Source of the DNA: Balanoglossus misakiensis
Taxonomy: Eukaryota; Animalia; Hemichordata
Direction of reading: 5' to 3'
Length of the DNA: 64,000 nucleotides
NCBI GenBank assembly: GCA_040954595.2
Contig: CM082598.2
Span: 9,625,097 to 9,689,096 of the forward strand
A program made the position numbers and the translations under genes. Every line of letters starts with the position of its first letter. The stretch's first letter is position 1. Under the pieces are notes generated by a model. That model was not told the origin of the DNA, did not search any database, and saw only the letters and a program-made list of their open reading frames with translations. Shown one piece after another: positions 63,697 to 64,000 of this stretch.

Positions 63697-64000
63697 GTAA
63701 GTACTGTTGTTAACCAGTGTGTTTGCTTGCATTTTTGGACTCTGTGGCAGAAAGTACCAAAGGTGTCCTATGTTGCTGCAATGTGTGGGGGTGTGTGTGT
63801 GTGGGTGTGTGTGTCCATCTGTAGATAGATTTTTGGGTCCCATTGGTATGTACCATGGGACCTTATGGGATCGGGTGTGTCTGTATATGTATGTATGGAT
63901 GGATGGATGGATGTATGTCTGTATGTACGTCCACATCAAAAACTTGAAAACCGCTGCGTGTATCACCTTGATATTTGGTGTGCTGATGCAGGCTGGGCTG

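Overview
AT-rich eukaryotic (animal, probably marine invertebrate) genomic DNA with two intron-rich genes arranged head-to-head and separated by about 14 kb of stacked transposon debris. Plus strand: the first 11 coding exons (41518-63696, continuing past the window) of axonemal dynein heavy chain 1 (DNAH1). Minus strand: a 6-exon gene (26721->13194, about 399 aa) with an Arg/Asp/Ser-rich middle and a C-terminal matrin/U1-type C2H2 zinc finger. The rest is mostly non-autonomous DNA transposons, typed here by termini and target-site duplications (TSDs): TA (Tc1/mariner/pogo-like), TTA/CTA/CTG (PIF/Harbinger-like), TTAA (Kolobok/piggyBac-like), 9 bp (AcademH-like) and 7 bp (P-like). There are also TSD-less hairpins (Crypton-like), Helentron-like HINEs and two 5'-truncated LINEs. 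Most notable: (i) two elements with homologous TIRs and 5-bp TSDs, one with CAC termini as in Transib/RAG-like transposons; (ii) a SAP-SWIM-YqaJ exonuclease gene relic with an internal inversion; (iii) a ubiquitin-like plus Cys-rich transposon protein relic. Items (ii) and (iii) lie in the first coding intron of DNAH1. Family assignments come from motifs read by eye, not database searches.
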